Below, piece by piece: positions 9,780 to 19,791 of a stretch of 32,000 bases of DNA; the stretch's first letter is position 1, and each line of letters starts with the position of its first letter. The DNA is from Methanobacterium sp. UBA279 (GTDB lineage Archaea; Methanobacteriota; Methanobacteria; Methanobacteriales; Methanobacteriaceae): NCBI GenBank assembly GCA_002502855.1, contig DAQK01000046.1:20652-52651 (forward strand), read 5' to 3'. The notes below the pieces were generated by a model. It searched no databases, was not told the origin of the DNA, and saw only the letters and a list, made by a program, of their open reading frames with translations. Position numbers and translations under genes: made by a program.

Positions 9780-9855
9780 AGAACGAAAAAGATTAGAAAT
9801 AGAAAACAACCCCAAAAAAAGACTATATAGAAAAAGTAGAAACAGGTGATATAAT

Positions 9856-10245
9856 TTGAGGCAAAACATAGCCTTACTAATAATAGGAGTAGTAGTGTTA
9901 GCCGGGATAGCTGGTGTACTGGCCATGACCATGTTCAACAACACCAACCAGACCAACAATACAACTTTTAACAATACTACTGTAAACGACAGCAACAACA
10001 ACACAACTAAAAATAAAGATGACACCGCAAACCCCAATTCGTCCCAAGACCAGACTACTGACGGTAATGATGACGGCAATATAGATAATGACAACAATAA
10101 CGGTGAACCTAGTGGCCAGGGCCATTATGTAACTTGTCCTACTTGTGGTGGATCTGGTGTCCTTGAAAACCCAAATGACCCTCATGGTGTCCAAATAATA
10201 TGCCCAACCTGCCATGGTAATAAAAAAATATGGGTTAACGATTAA
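9856..10245 (+). CDS. Small membrane-anchored, Asn/Thr-rich protein with a C-terminal DnaJ-like cysteine motif
   Basis: TTG start with GGTGAT just upstream. TM helix NIALLIIGVVVLAGIAGVLAMTMF. Low-complexity linker of N/T/D/K. C-terminus HYVTCPTCGGSGVLENPNDPHGVQIICPTCHGNKKIWVND, i.e. paired CPTCxG motifs. Confidence 0.8.
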   Translation: MRQNIALLIIGVVVLAGIAGVLAMTMFNNTNQTNNTTFNNTTVNDSNNNTTKNKDDTANPNSSQDQTTDGNDDGNIDNDNNNGEPSGQGHYVTCPTCGGSGVLENPNDPHGVQIICPTCHGNKKIWVND

Positions 10246-10259
10246 TACAAGGTGATATG

Positions 10260-11462
10260 ATGAATAAGAAAAAGTTAATATTACCCATTCTTTTAGCTCT
10301 GTTCCTGTTCGTGAGTATAGGAGCATCAGCAGCAGCTACTAACACTTTCAACACTACGGAGATTACTAAATCCGCGGGAAATCTTAAGCTATTCGTGGAT
10401 TCTAATCACCGTGCTCCCAATACGGTGAGCGTATACAACACAGGGAATGTCAAACAAACTGTAAACACCCAGCAATTCCTTTATTTGGCGACTAAAGCTA
10501 CAACAAATATTAACAAAAATATTACAACGCCAATAACCATTAAAACTACCGCGAAACCAACAGGCCCTAGTGAATCATTGACAGGCAGTAGCCTTACCAA
10601 AGCACAGTATTTAACTGTCGCCAATAACGTAGCCACCTTTATTTCAAAGAATGGTAAAGCACCAAACTTTGCAACAACCCCCATAGGCAAAATACGCTAT
10701 GACAATCTGGTTTACACGTACAGCAAAATATTGAACTACTACGGTGTAAACAAAAGATTACCCAACACAGTTTCAGTACAGAAATGGTCAACAACAACAT
10801 ACACAGGAATACCAAAACCAGTGACAGTGACAGACACCAGCAAGGCCAAAATCAAGTGGACAAAGAGTGATTCAACAGGATATGTCGAATTAATCGGCCC
10901 ATATGGTAATGCTAACAGTAAAAATAAAGTAGCGGTTATTGTAGGTGTACATCCTCTGGAAGGAAATGCTCACTTAGCCATGACCAATGCATTAAAATCT
11001 TCATCATCCAGTTTGAAAAATGTACAGATATGGGTTTTCAGTGTTAACGTAAAGGTCAAATACTGGACTAATTACGAGACAAGTAGAACCTTAGGTCAAA
11101 ATCTAGCTAAAAAGTTCGTAGTGCCCTACATAGACAGTTCTTACAAATTAGTGGTGGATACCCATGGAAATCGTGGAAACTACAAGTACAACGACAACCA
11201 ACTGATGGCAGACTTCATATTTGCACCTAATAAGGATACAAAATCAGTGTCTTATGCTAATAAAATCAAAAGTAAGACCAATTTCCTGAATTACTACTAT
11301 GTGCCAGGTACCAGTCCTAAAGATGTAACTATACCTATAGCCCAAAAAGGAATACCCGCAGTTGTCTATGAGCTTTACACAAACATCTATAACTATCCCA
11401 CAGCACTGTACAACAAATGTCTCCAAGTAGTTAAAGCATTAAACACCATAGTATACGTTTAA
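10260..11462 (+). CDS. Secreted pseudomurein-binding repeat protein with a C-terminal M14-carboxypeptidase-like domain
   Basis: Signal peptide (KKKLILPILLALFLFVSIGASAAA). PMBR-like segments 'FISKNGKAPNFATTPIGKIRYDNLVYTYSKILNYYGVNKRLPNTVSV' and 'LKLFVDSNHRAPNTVSVYNTGNVKQTVNTQQFLYLATKA'. The C-terminal part has VGVHPLEGNAH (HxxE), VVDTHG and PAVVYELY. Start taken at the second Met. Confidence 0.75.
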   Translation: MNKKKLILPILLALFLFVSIGASAAATNTFNTTEITKSAGNLKLFVDSNHRAPNTVSVYNTGNVKQTVNTQQFLYLATKATTNINKNITTPITIKTTAKPTGPSESLTGSSLTKAQYLTVANNVATFISKNGKAPNFATTPIGKIRYDNLVYTYSKILNYYGVNKRLPNTVSVQKWSTTTYTGIPKPVTVTDTSKAKIKWTKSDSTGYVELIGPYGNANSKNKVAVIVGVHPLEGNAHLAMTNALKSSSSSLKNVQIWVFSVNVKVKYWTNYETSRTLGQNLAKKFVVPYIDSSYKLVVDTHGNRGNYKYNDNQLMADFIFAPNKDTKSVSYANKIKSKTNFLNYYYVPGTSPKDVTIPIAQKGIPAVVYELYTNIYNYPTALYNKCLQVVKALNTIVYV

Positions 11463-11835
11463 AAACAGCCTTATTTATTTTTTATGGGCTGAAATTCCTC
11501 TTTTTTATTTTAAAAATTCATTCTTATTCAAGACCTGAAATTTATAGTTAACAGCATTAAAAATTTTACAAAATGGCAATGTTTACCATTAGTTATGTGG
11601 ACCAAAATTAAGTATAAACGAGGATTTTGCAAGTGTTAAACAGCTTCAAATTAAAATAATTTTTAGGATAATGGACAAAAAATTTATAAAAAATTAAAAT
11701 TTTCAATGTCGTAGACTATAATTTTCGAAAAAGATTCATGTGGTTACTAGAACCAAGAAAATTTATTTATACTCCAATTCCCAATAAACATCTATTGTAA
11801 CTCTAATTAAACCATAATTTGGAGGATTAATAACC

Positions 11836-13077
11836 ATGTATAATATTGGGGAAGCTTTAATAGGAAGCGGAAATGAACTTGCTCATATTGATCTAGTTAT
11901 AGGAGAGAAAAATGGTCCGGTGGGCTCGGCATTTGTGGAAAACATGACCAGCCTATCCATAGGACACACTCCACTTTTAGCAGTGATAAGACCTAATTTA
12001 CCAACCAAACCATCCACATTGATCATACCCAAGGTAACTGTGGGCTGCCTGGATGATGCTAACAAGATATTCGGACCGGCACAGACCGCAGTAGGAAGGG
12101 CTGTGGCTGATGCTGTTTCAGAAGGCATAATAGATAAGGAAAAAGCCGAAGACCTGGTTATCATGGTCACGGTATTTATCCACCCGGAAGCGAAGGATTT
12201 CCGTAAGATCTACCAGTACAACTACGGAGCCACCAAGCTGGCCCTGAAAAGGGCCATGGATAGTTACCCATCCACTGAAAAGGTCACCGCGGAAAAGGAC
12301 AGGGGAACACACCCTGTAATGGGCTTCAAAGTGGTAAGACTATGGAACCCACCCTACCTGCAAGTGGCTTTAGACCTGGACAGTATGGAGGATATGGAAC
12401 GTATAATCGACAGTCTACCTAACCGGGAGAGAATCCTCATAGAAGCCGGTACCCCGCTGGTTAAGAAGTTCGGTGTGGGTATAATAAGTAAGATCCGGGA
12501 GCTTAGAACGGATGCCTTCATCATCGCCGATCTTAAAACCCTGGATGTAGGCCGTATTGAAGTTAAGATAGCTGCAGATGAGACAGCTGATGCTGTGGCC
12601 ATATCTGGACTGGGAACCCCAGAATCAATTCAGAAAGCTGTACAGGAAGCGTCCAAACAGGGAATATACTCCATACTGGATATGATGAACGTGGACAACT
12701 TCGTGGAAAAACTCAAGGGCCTCAAATACAAACCAGACATACTATTACTACATCGTAACGTGGATCTTGAAACCTACAAGGCAGAAAAAGGTGAAAACCT
12801 GGGTGACATGACCGAATGGGGTAACATAAAAGAGATCAAAGAGATCCTCGGTGATAACAGGCTGGTGGCCGTTGCCGGAGGTATCACTCCAGATAAAGTT
12901 GACCAAGCATTGGGAAGTGGAGCAGATATCATAGTAGTGGGACGTTATATCATCGGATCCAGGGATGTAAGACGTGCAACTGACGATTTCCTGAAATACC
13001 TGCCACAGGACCCGGACACCATGAGGTTAGCCCTGGAAGAGGATGAACCTCTAGAACTCAACGATGACAAAAAATAA
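11836..13077 (+). CDS. fae-hps: Bifunctional formaldehyde-activating enzyme / 3-hexulose-6-phosphate synthase (Fae-Hps)
   Basis: N-terminal Fae: [51 protein letters not shown]-terminal HPS: [51 protein letters not shown], and [29 protein letters not shown]. Confidence 0.97.
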   Translation: MYNIGEALIGSGNELAHIDLVIGEKNGPVGSAFVENMTSLSIGHTPLLAVIRPNLPTKPSTLIIPKVTVGCLDDANKIFGPAQTAVGRAVADAVSEGIIDKEKAEDLVIMVTVFIHPEAKDFRKIYQYNYGATKLALKRAMDSYPSTEKVTAEKDRGTHPVMGFKVVRLWNPPYLQVALDLDSMEDMERIIDSLPNRERILIEAGTPLVKKFGVGIISKIRELRTDAFIIADLKTLDVGRIEVKIAADETADAVAISGLGTPESIQKAVQEASKQGIYSILDMMNVDNFVEKLKGLKYKPDILLLHRNVDLETYKAEKGENLGDMTEWGNIKEIKEILGDNRLVAVAGGITPDKVDQALGSGADIIVVGRYIIGSRDVRRATDDFLKYLPQDPDTMRLALEEDEPLELNDDKK

Positions 13078-13165
13078 CTTCTTTTTTTAATTCCCTTTTT
13101 TAGAAAATTTTATTATTTCTTAGATGCAATTTTAATATAAGAATTGAAATGAGGAGATATTCTAT

Positions 13166-13762
13166 ATGATATTGGGGATATGTGGCAGTCCAAGAAAACA
13201 GGCCACGGATCATGTATTAAACGAAGCATTGAAGATGCTGGAAGAGAGGGGTTTTGAAACTGAATTTTTCGGTGTGCGTGGTAAGGATATCAGTCCTTGC
13301 CTGCACTGTGATTACTGCATGCGCAAAGGAGTATGTATTCAGAAGGACGATATGTACGAAGTATACCCCCTAATGACTGAAGCCGAAGGGATAATAATGG
13401 CCACTCCCATCTACAACGGCGGATTAAGCGCTCAGCTTAAGGCGATAATGGACCGTACCCGGGCATTAGGTGCGGTTGACTACAATTTCCTGCGCAACAA
13501 AGTTGGAATGGCCATATCTGTTGGTGGAGACAGAAGCGGAGGACAGGAATTAGCTATACAGCAAATATTCACCTATTATATACTCACCGGGATGATTCCC
13601 GTTGGTGGAGGTGCCTTCGGAGCTAATCTAGGTGCGAATTTCTGGTCCCAGGATACCTTGGACGGGATTAAACAGGACGAAGAGGGATTTAGAGGTCTTC
13701 GTAAGACTGTTAAAAGATTCGGAACCTTTCTAGAAAACTTCGAGTTTAAGCAAAAGGAATAA
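13166..13762 (+). CDS. Iron-sulfur flavoprotein / NADPH-dependent FMN reductase-like flavodoxin family protein
   Basis: MILGICGSPRKQATDHVLNEALKMLEERG, Cys cluster CLHCDYCMRKGVC (CX2CX2CX5C, Isf-like), and ATPIYNGGLSAQLKAIMDR. Confidence 0.85.
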   Translation: MILGICGSPRKQATDHVLNEALKMLEERGFETEFFGVRGKDISPCLHCDYCMRKGVCIQKDDMYEVYPLMTEAEGIIMATPIYNGGLSAQLKAIMDRTRALGAVDYNFLRNKVGMAISVGGDRSGGQELAIQQIFTYYILTGMIPVGGGAFGANLGANFWSQDTLDGIKQDEEGFRGLRKTVKRFGTFLENFEFKQKE

Positions 13763-13791
13763 ATCTTTTTTTAAGAAACTAAAATGAATTA

Positions 13792-13805
13792 TAACTTATA
13801 AGTTA
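13792..13805. repeat. Perfect 14-bp palindrome TAACTTATAAGTTA
   Basis: Direct reading; self-complementary. It is the first of a set of AAGTTATAAGTT-type intergenic elements. Confidence 0.8.
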
Positions 13806-13923
13806 AAAGTTCTAATTGATAAACTTTGAAGTTTTAAGTTATAAGTATTAAAGAGATTTAAAAGGGAAAAATTACAAATAAAGGAATAATCATCGGATTA
13901 AAAATCATATTAAATTTGCTTAA

Positions 13924-13940
13924 AAGTTATAAGTTATAAG
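13924..13940. repeat. AAGTTAT heptamer tandem repeat (AAGTTATAAGTTATAAG)
   Basis: Direct reading; immediately upstream of the ferredoxin start codon. A related copy, AAGTTATAAGT, is at 13836-13846. Confidence 0.75.
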
Positions 13941-13949
13941 GAGTTTTAG

Positions 13950-14177
13950 ATGAGGATCGAAGTTGACAAGGAGAAATGCATCGGCTGTGGAACATGCCAG
14001 GAGATCTGTCCCAAAGGTCCTCGGATCTGGAAGATTAAAGATGGGAAAGCAGAGGCAGGTAACCTACAATACTGCCATGTATGCACCCTTTGTGCATCAA
14101 AATGTCCTGTAGGAACTATACACGTAATAAGAGATGGTCAAAATGGAGAGAAAGAAAAAGTTAGCGAGAAAGACTAG
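13950..14177 (+). CDS. 2[4Fe-4S] ferredoxin-like protein
   Basis: 75 aa with EKCIGCGTCQEICPKGP and CHVCTLCASKCPVGTIHV. Confidence 0.92.
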   Translation: MRIEVDKEKCIGCGTCQEICPKGPRIWKIKDGKAEAGNLQYCHVCTLCASKCPVGTIHVIRDGQNGEKEKVSEKD

Positions 14178-14721
14178 TGAAACAGATATCACGATAACAC
14201 TTAACCTAGATGGGGAAGGAAAATCCCAGATAAATACAGGGATAGAGTTTTTCAACCATATGCTAGAATCCTTCGCCAGACACGGGTTGTTTGACCTGGA
14301 ATTAGAAGCAGAAGGGGATCTGGATATAGACGACCACCACACCGTGGAAGACGTGGGAATAATCTTAGGTGAAGTATTAAACGACGTTCTGGGAGATAAA
14401 AAAGGTATCAGAAGAATGGCACATGCCCTGGTTCCCATGGACGAAGCACTGGCCATGGTAGCCATCGACCTATCCGGGAGGAGTTACACCGTATTAGATC
14501 TGCCGTTTAAGAAGGTGAAAGTCGGCGGGTTAAGCACGGAGAATGTGGGGCATTTCCTGGAATCCCTGGCGCAAAATGGTAAGTTTAACCTCCACGCCCG
14601 CTGTGAGGGGGATAATGACCACCACCAGGTAGAGGCTTTATTTAAGGCACTGGCACGGGCATTACACGATGCAACCAGGGTAACCCATGGATCCATACCC
14701 AGTACTAAGGGTGTTATTTAA
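14143..14721 (+). CDS. hisB: Imidazoleglycerol-phosphate dehydratase
   Basis: INTGIEFFNHMLESFARHGLFDLELEAEGDLDIDDHHTVEDVGIILGE, VGLSTENVGHFLESLA, EGDNDHHQVEALFKALARAL. Start refined to MERKKKL at 14143, overlapping the ferredoxin gene by 35 nt. Confidence 0.95.
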   Translation: MERKKKLARKTSETDITITLNLDGEGKSQINTGIEFFNHMLESFARHGLFDLELEAEGDLDIDDHHTVEDVGIILGEVLNDVLGDKKGIRRMAHALVPMDEALAMVAIDLSGRSYTVLDLPFKKVKVGGLSTENVGHFLESLAQNGKFNLHARCEGDNDHHQVEALFKALARALHDATRVTHGSIPSTKGVI

Positions 14722-14808
14722 ATTAAGAAAAATAGAGTCGTAGTATTAATTGATTCAAATAAAAAAACAAAAAGAGTAAGCAGTCCCAGAGACTGCTTTG
14801 GATTATAC

Positions 14809-15639
14809 TTATTGTGGTTTTTCGAGTAATACAGTTTTAGAGACTGTTGAACCGACTGCACCGTGTGGGGTTCTTAAAACTGTATCATTACCTTTTTCGA
14901 TGTTTCTTGCTTCAACTGCGAGTTTTGCAGCTGCAGCAATGAGTTCGTGTGCAGCAGCGACCAATGGTATGTACTGGTTGGGGTCTTTAACCATGAAACA
15001 TCCTTTTAAGTCGATGTCAGCAACTTTTTCTGCAGCAGTGTATGCAGCGATAGCTTTGGCTTTGGCGTAGGTGTTGGTGAATCCTGCAGCTTCTGCAGCT
15101 TTTTCAGCTGTGATTATAACTTTTGGTAATTCTATGTCTTCGCCAGCGTCGACAGCAGCTATGATACCATCGATGGTATTCTGGACGATTCTGTAAGCAC
15201 CGGTTAATGCTAAGACTTTTATTACGTCAGAGTTGAAGGATGCCATTTCAGTTGGGTCGAGTAGTTCTCTTCGGGCACCGATCATGGGGTCACCTTTAAC
15301 TATGATGTAACCTAGTCCCTGTTCATCCATTTCATCTTTTTTACCTGCACCAGGAGCATCTCCAATAATAACGGCTGGGATGTCATAGGTAGATAGTAAT
15401 TCCCTTGCTTTGGCAGGTCCTGGAGCACCAGGGTTGGGGCTTATGAATATTGCAAAGTCTGGTTCAAATTCCTTAACCTTAGGGACTACCTCTTCGACCT
15501 GTTCCGGATTCATTTTTGCACCGGAACCTATGATTCTTACATCAATATTAGGCCTATCTGCACGTTCATCCAGTAATAAGTCTAATACTGGTGAGGTACC
15601 TATATTTCCGCTTTTAATTATTCCTATTTTTACAACCAT
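14809..15639 (-). CDS. mtd: F420-dependent methylenetetrahydromethanopterin dehydrogenase
   Basis: MVVKIGIIKSGNIGTSPVLDLLLDERADRPNIDVRIIGSGAKM, FISPNPGAPGPAKARELL, and GMDEQGLGYIIVKGDPMIGARREFLDPTEM-like text (here RRELLDPTEM). Confidence 0.96.
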   Translation of the reverse strand: MVVKIGIIKSGNIGTSPVLDLLLDERADRPNIDVRIIGSGAKMNPEQVEEVVPKVKEFEPDFAIFISPNPGAPGPAKARELLSTYDIPAVIIGDAPGAGKKDEMDEQGLGYIIVKGDPMIGARRELLDPTEMASFNSDVIKVLALTGAYRIVQNTIDGIIAAVDAGEDIELPKVIITAEKAAEAAGFTNTYAKAKAIAAYTAAEKVADIDLKGCFMVKDPNQYIPLVAAAHELIAAAAKLAVEARNIEKGNDTVLRTPHGAVGSTVSKTVLLEKPQ

Positions 15640-15831
15640 TTTATCACCGATTTTGTTATCTGGATAATCAAATAAGTATTTTTTGATTTAATTTTTTTAA
15701 ATCATATTTATATAGGATCGTTGGAATGGAAACTTTTAGACCTAATTACAGGAGTAATACTTTTATGTTAAAATTAGACGATGATTTCCAGTGTAAAATT
15801 AGGTTTTTATACAAGACTTAATTTAAGCACT

Positions 15832-17103
15832 CTAGCCATTTAAAGCTTGATCTCTCCTGAGATAAAGCCATGTAAATATCAGAAGAGATATTATCCCCAA
15901 CGAGTAGAAGAACCATACCATACTATCTGTAGGGCCTGTTTCAATCCAGATCAGGGTATGGGCAAGTATTATGGCATATAAACCTATAAATACGCCCCCT
16001 GCTATCTTCTGTGCACTGTGCATGAACTGGAGTACCAAACCCAGTAAAAACATCTGCACTGCCAGGCCCCATGCACCGAAATCTAGAATAGCCGGCCCGA
16101 ACAGGGTGGAAGTTATACTGGTGGTGATGCCGCTTCCTGGTTGATAAAAAGAAGGTAAAACCACATATCCCACAGTAACCCTAGGATGTCCTCCAGTAAG
16201 CGCCTGATAAAAGAGTTCCCCACCAGTAAATCCAGGCATGTGTACGATTTTATCCAGGACCATCATGGTGAAACCCGCCCGGTAAAATATCAGTTCCAGC
16301 GGATTTAAAACCCAGGTCTGCCACTGGATAGCATTCACTGCAATATAACCCAGGGCGATGCCTATTATTGCCATTAATATTATTAAAAGGAAGACATATT
16401 TCGCTTTTAATCGCATGGTATAATAGGTGGTGATTATTACGCTTAATATGATGGCCATAGATGATGTACGGTAGCCATTTACTGCAAACAGGACTAATCC
16501 AACAACAAATAAGATGTAATACCATTTACGGGGATATTTCGCGAGTAACAGGTTTAAGACTGGGAGGAAGATGACGTAAGCAATCCTCCACAGATCCGTT
16601 GTGGCTTGAAATTTAAGGTAACCACTGAGTAATGGGATACCGCCGAGTAAGACCAGGTTTGCACCCTGTAAGATAATAGCAAGGATAACTAAAGAAAAAA
16701 GGACCCTCTCATCCACCAGAAGTTTTATTTTAGAGTACCAGGTGGCTTTCTCCTTGGCACTGTTTATCTTTAGGGTGAATTTCTTAAAGTTGCCTATAAT
16801 TCTAGGGAAGTACAATCCCAGTATGAAAATTACCACTCCAAAGATTATATAATAATAGGTGATGGAATCAGCCCAATCCAGGTTTCGGATATGGTAATAA
16901 TAGCCCAAAGCAGCCAGAAAAACGTAGATTATTATAAATACTACTACGATGTAGGGGGAGAAGATATCCACTTCGTTGAGTTTCTTATTCAACTTTTCAG
17001 AGAATGTCAAATTTATCTGGTCTCCTAAAAATTTTTCAGTCTCTAAATTTTTCCTTAAAATAGGTTCACAGTTCTCCTGCACTGGTGGTGAAATTCGAAG
17101 CAA
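15832..17103 (-). CDS. Polytopic membrane protein, archaeal oligosaccharide repeat unit polymerase-like
   Basis: 423 aa with many TM helices. Contains [48 protein letters not shown] and YPxF-like loop '[29 protein letters not shown]', reminiscent of Wzy-type polymerases. Confidence 0.65.
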   Translation of the reverse strand: MLRISPPVQENCEPILRKNLETEKFLGDQINLTFSEKLNKKLNEVDIFSPYIVVVFIIIYVFLAALGYYYHIRNLDWADSITYYYIIFGVVIFILGLYFPRIIGNFKKFTLKINSAKEKATWYSKIKLLVDERVLFSLVILAIILQGANLVLLGGIPLLSGYLKFQATTDLWRIAYVIFLPVLNLLLAKYPRKWYYILFVVGLVLFAVNGYRTSSMAIILSVIITTYYTMRLKAKYVFLLIILMAIIGIALGYIAVNAIQWQTWVLNPLELIFYRAGFTMMVLDKIVHMPGFTGGELFYQALTGGHPRVTVGYVVLPSFYQPGSGITTSITSTLFGPAILDFGAWGLAVQMFLLGLVLQFMHSAQKIAGGVFIGLYAIILAHTLIWIETGPTDSMVWFFYSLGIISLLIFTWLYLRRDQALNG

Positions 17104-18415
17104 ATGAAGGATAGGCGGCGGTATGGGTGTGAATGTAGCTTGCCACGGTATTTTTAGACATCATACCATCCTGTTGGTTGATGATACCACTTCCTCTTAA
17201 GATTTTAAAGGCAAATTCGGGGTTTCCATCAGCTATTTCAACTTTTGAGTAGTGGAACTCATGCCCCTTGATGATATCGTCTTTATCTGCGATTATACTC
17301 TTCTGTTTAGCTTTAGAGACAACGTAACTTAAAGCCTGTGGCTTTTTGGTCATGACCGAGTCGTAACCAAATATGTTACACATTTTGTGATGATTTATGG
17401 AGCGGCAGACGTACATGAGTCCACCGCATTCAGCATAGATTGGCCTTCCTTCCCTGTGGAATTTTAAAATAGAATCCCGCATGGACTGGTTACCCTCCAG
17501 TTCATGGGCGAATATTTCCGGATATCCTCCACCGATATAAACCCCATCCACGTCCGGTAATTCTTCATCATGGAGGGGGCTGAAGTAAACCAGTTCTGCC
17601 TGGTTTTCTTCAAGGGCATCTAAATTATCACGGTAATAGAAGGTGAAAACTTCATCCATGGCCACGCCCAGTTTAACCTTCTGCCCGTTCTGGGTCTCCC
17701 ACAGGCTTTCCCTTCCCGGGGGAAGCTTATTTACGTCTTTCATCAGGGAGATAAGGTTGTCCAGGTCTATGTAATCCTTTACCATCTCAACCCATTTATT
17801 GATGGATCCTAAAATGTTTTTCCTTTCCACGGCAGGTACCAGGCCCAAGTGTCTGTCTTCCACTCTAATGGCACCACTGCGGGGTATACCTCCTACTACT
17901 TTAGTTTTGGCCAGTGTTTCCACTGCTTCCTTGGTTTTCAGGTAGTGTTTGCGGTTTTTAACCTGATTTAGAATAACTCCTTGGATATTGATGGTGGGAT
18001 CCAGTGCTTTAAATCCCAGTACAACAGCGGCAGCGCTTTTCACTAGGCTTCGAGAATTTAAAATTAATACCACGGGGGCGTCCAGTGCCCTGGCAATGGA
18101 TGCGGTGTTACCCACATCGCCTGTAGCACTGATACCCTCATATAAGCCTCTTACACCCTCAATTATCCCAAAATCAGCATCGGAAATCTTCATGCCTCTT
18201 TCAAATCCCTGCCTGATCTGTCCGTCGGTCATGAAAAAGGAGTCCAGGTTACGGGAATAGTTGCCGGTGGCCAGGGTGTGATAGGTGGGATCTATATAAT
18301 CCGGGCCGACTTTAAAGGGTTGGACGGTGTATTCGTCGGATAATGCTTTCATTATCCCTGTAGCGATGGTTGTTTTTCCTACAGCGCTTCCTGTTCCTGC
18401 AAGGACTAATCTCAT
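17066..18415 (-). CDS. cfbB: Ni-sirohydrochlorin a,c-diamide synthase (cobyrinate a,c-diamide synthase family)
   Basis: [52 protein letters not shown], a glutamine amidotransferase core [15 protein letters not shown]...[10 protein letters not shown], and C-terminal ASYIHTH. Confidence 0.88.
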   Translation of the reverse strand: MRLVLAGTGSAVGKTTIATGIMKALSDEYTVQPFKVGPDYIDPTYHTLATGNYSRNLDSFFMTDGQIRQGFERGMKISDADFGIIEGVRGLYEGISATGDVGNTASIARALDAPVVLILNSRSLVKSAAAVVLGFKALDPTINIQGVILNQVKNRKHYLKTKEAVETLAKTKVVGGIPRSGAIRVEDRHLGLVPAVERKNILGSINKWVEMVKDYIDLDNLISLMKDVNKLPPGRESLWETQNGQKVKLGVAMDEVFTFYYRDNLDALEENQAELVYFSPLHDEELPDVDGVYIGGGYPEIFAHELEGNQSMRDSILKFHREGRPIYAECGGLMYVCRSINHHKMCNIFGYDSVMTKKPQALSYVVSKAKQKSIIADKDDIIKGHEFHYSKVEIADGNPEFAFKILRGSGIINQQDGMMSKNTVASYIHTHTAAYPSFASNFTTSAGEL

Positions 18416-18566
18416 ATTATATTAATTGGAATGATTCTATTTAAATAAGATTTGTCTTGGAAAATAATTTTCAATTTTAAATAAAAATTTCCCTTGGAGT
18501 ATATCTTATCTGCTCTACCCATAGATTAAACTATATTAAATAACAGAAAAATAGTCAGGATAGATC

Positions 18567-19694
18567 ATGACTAATTTGAGCAAAAAATTGGAAATTCTGG
18601 GTGAAAGTGCCAAGTTCGACCGGTGCAGCTACATCAACACCAACGTCGATAACTTCCTGACCAAGCAATTGCCAGGCATATACAATGCCAGCACCAGAGA
18701 TGGGTGCACAGTGCCTCTATTTAAAGTATTGATGACCAATAAATGCTCAAATGACTGTAGATACTGCATTAATCATAATAAACATAGTTTTAACCGGGTA
18801 GAATTTTCACCTGGAGATGTTACTTCCATTTTCCTTGATTATTATAATAACAGGTTGGTTGAGGGTTTATTTTTAAGTTCTGGCATCCCCCAAGATCCAG
18901 AATATTCCATGGAAAACATGGTGGAAGTGGCCCATAAATTAAGGATGGACCATGGATACCAGGGGTATATCCATTTAAAGATTCTACCAGGCAGTCCCTA
19001 TGATTTAATTAAAAGGGCTGTTAGTTTAGCAGACCGGGTTAGCATCAACCTGGAAGCAGCCACCCCTGAAGGAATGGAGAATCTTTCCAGCACCAAAAAT
19101 TACGATACAGATATTTTAAGGCGTATGAAATGGATTAAAAGGCTTCTCAAGGGTAACAAAGAATTTTCCCCCTCAGGGCAGACCACCCAGTTTCTGGTAG
19201 GTGCTGGTGATGAGACAGACCAGCAGATCCTGGAAAAGGCCAACTGGTTATATGAAAAGATGGACCTTAAAAGAAGTTATTTCAGCCCATTTGAAGCAGT
19301 CAAAGACACACCACTGGAGTCCCATGAAGAACCACATCCAAAAAGGAGTCCAAGGCTATATCAGGCTGATCACCTCCTGAATTCCTATGGATTTGACCTT
19401 AAAGAATTGGTTTTTGATGACGATGGTAACCTGAATTTGGACAGTGATCCTAAATATGTGGCAGCCCAGGCACATGAGGAACACTTCCCAGTGGAGATCA
19501 ACGAAGCATCCTATAAAGATCTTCTCAGAGTCCCGGGAATAGGTAAAATATCAGCCAGAAGAATCATCCAATCTAGAAAACTGGGTAAAAACTTCCTTAA
19601 ATTAGAAGAGCTAAAAAATATAGGCGTGGTCATTAAAAGGGCCGAACCATTCATTAAATTAAATAAAAATTACCAGACCACCCTTGAATTTTAA
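18567..19694 (+). CDS. Radical SAM protein with C-terminal helix-hairpin-helix (putative DNA modification/repair radical SAM family)
   Basis: Cluster motif CSNDCRYC (CX3CX2C), LFLSSGIPQDPEYSMENM, VSINLEAATPEGM, and C-terminal HhH INEASYKDLLRVPGIGKISARRIIQSRK. Confidence 0.88.
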   Translation: MTNLSKKLEILGESAKFDRCSYINTNVDNFLTKQLPGIYNASTRDGCTVPLFKVLMTNKCSNDCRYCINHNKHSFNRVEFSPGDVTSIFLDYYNNRLVEGLFLSSGIPQDPEYSMENMVEVAHKLRMDHGYQGYIHLKILPGSPYDLIKRAVSLADRVSINLEAATPEGMENLSSTKNYDTDILRRMKWIKRLLKGNKEFSPSGQTTQFLVGAGDETDQQILEKANWLYEKMDLKRSYFSPFEAVKDTPLESHEEPHPKRSPRLYQADHLLNSYGFDLKELVFDDDGNLNLDSDPKYVAAQAHEEHFPVEINEASYKDLLRVPGIGKISARRIIQSRKLGKNFLKLEELKNIGVVIKRAEPFIKLNKNYQTTLEF

Positions 19695-19745
19695 TTTTTA
19701 GATGTTATTTTAGGTATTAATCTACTGTTATATGTGATAAGAGAT

Positions 19746-19778
19746 AAGTTATAAGTTTTAACAGGTACACTTATAACT
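19746..19778. repeat. Inverted pair of the AAGTTATAAGT element
   Basis: AGTTATAAGT (19747-19756) and ACTTATAACT (19769-19778) are perfect reverse complements, 12-nt spacer, just 3' of the ParB-like-motif gene. Confidence 0.75.
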
Positions 19779-19791
19779 AATAAGTTCTAAC

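Noticed and set aside
9744-10326. Minus-strand ORFs (117 aa and 142 aa) opposite the small Cys-motif gene
   Set aside because: The hydrophobic Val/Leu runs are the antisense of the AAC/ACC-rich linker. The plus-strand protein has a TM helix, a ribosome-binding-like site and CPTCxG motifs, so the antisense ORFs are shadows.
11836-13077. Fae-Hps fusion as a novel gene fusion
   Set aside because: This bifunctional architecture is well established in methanogens that make ribulose-5-phosphate/formaldehyde through it.
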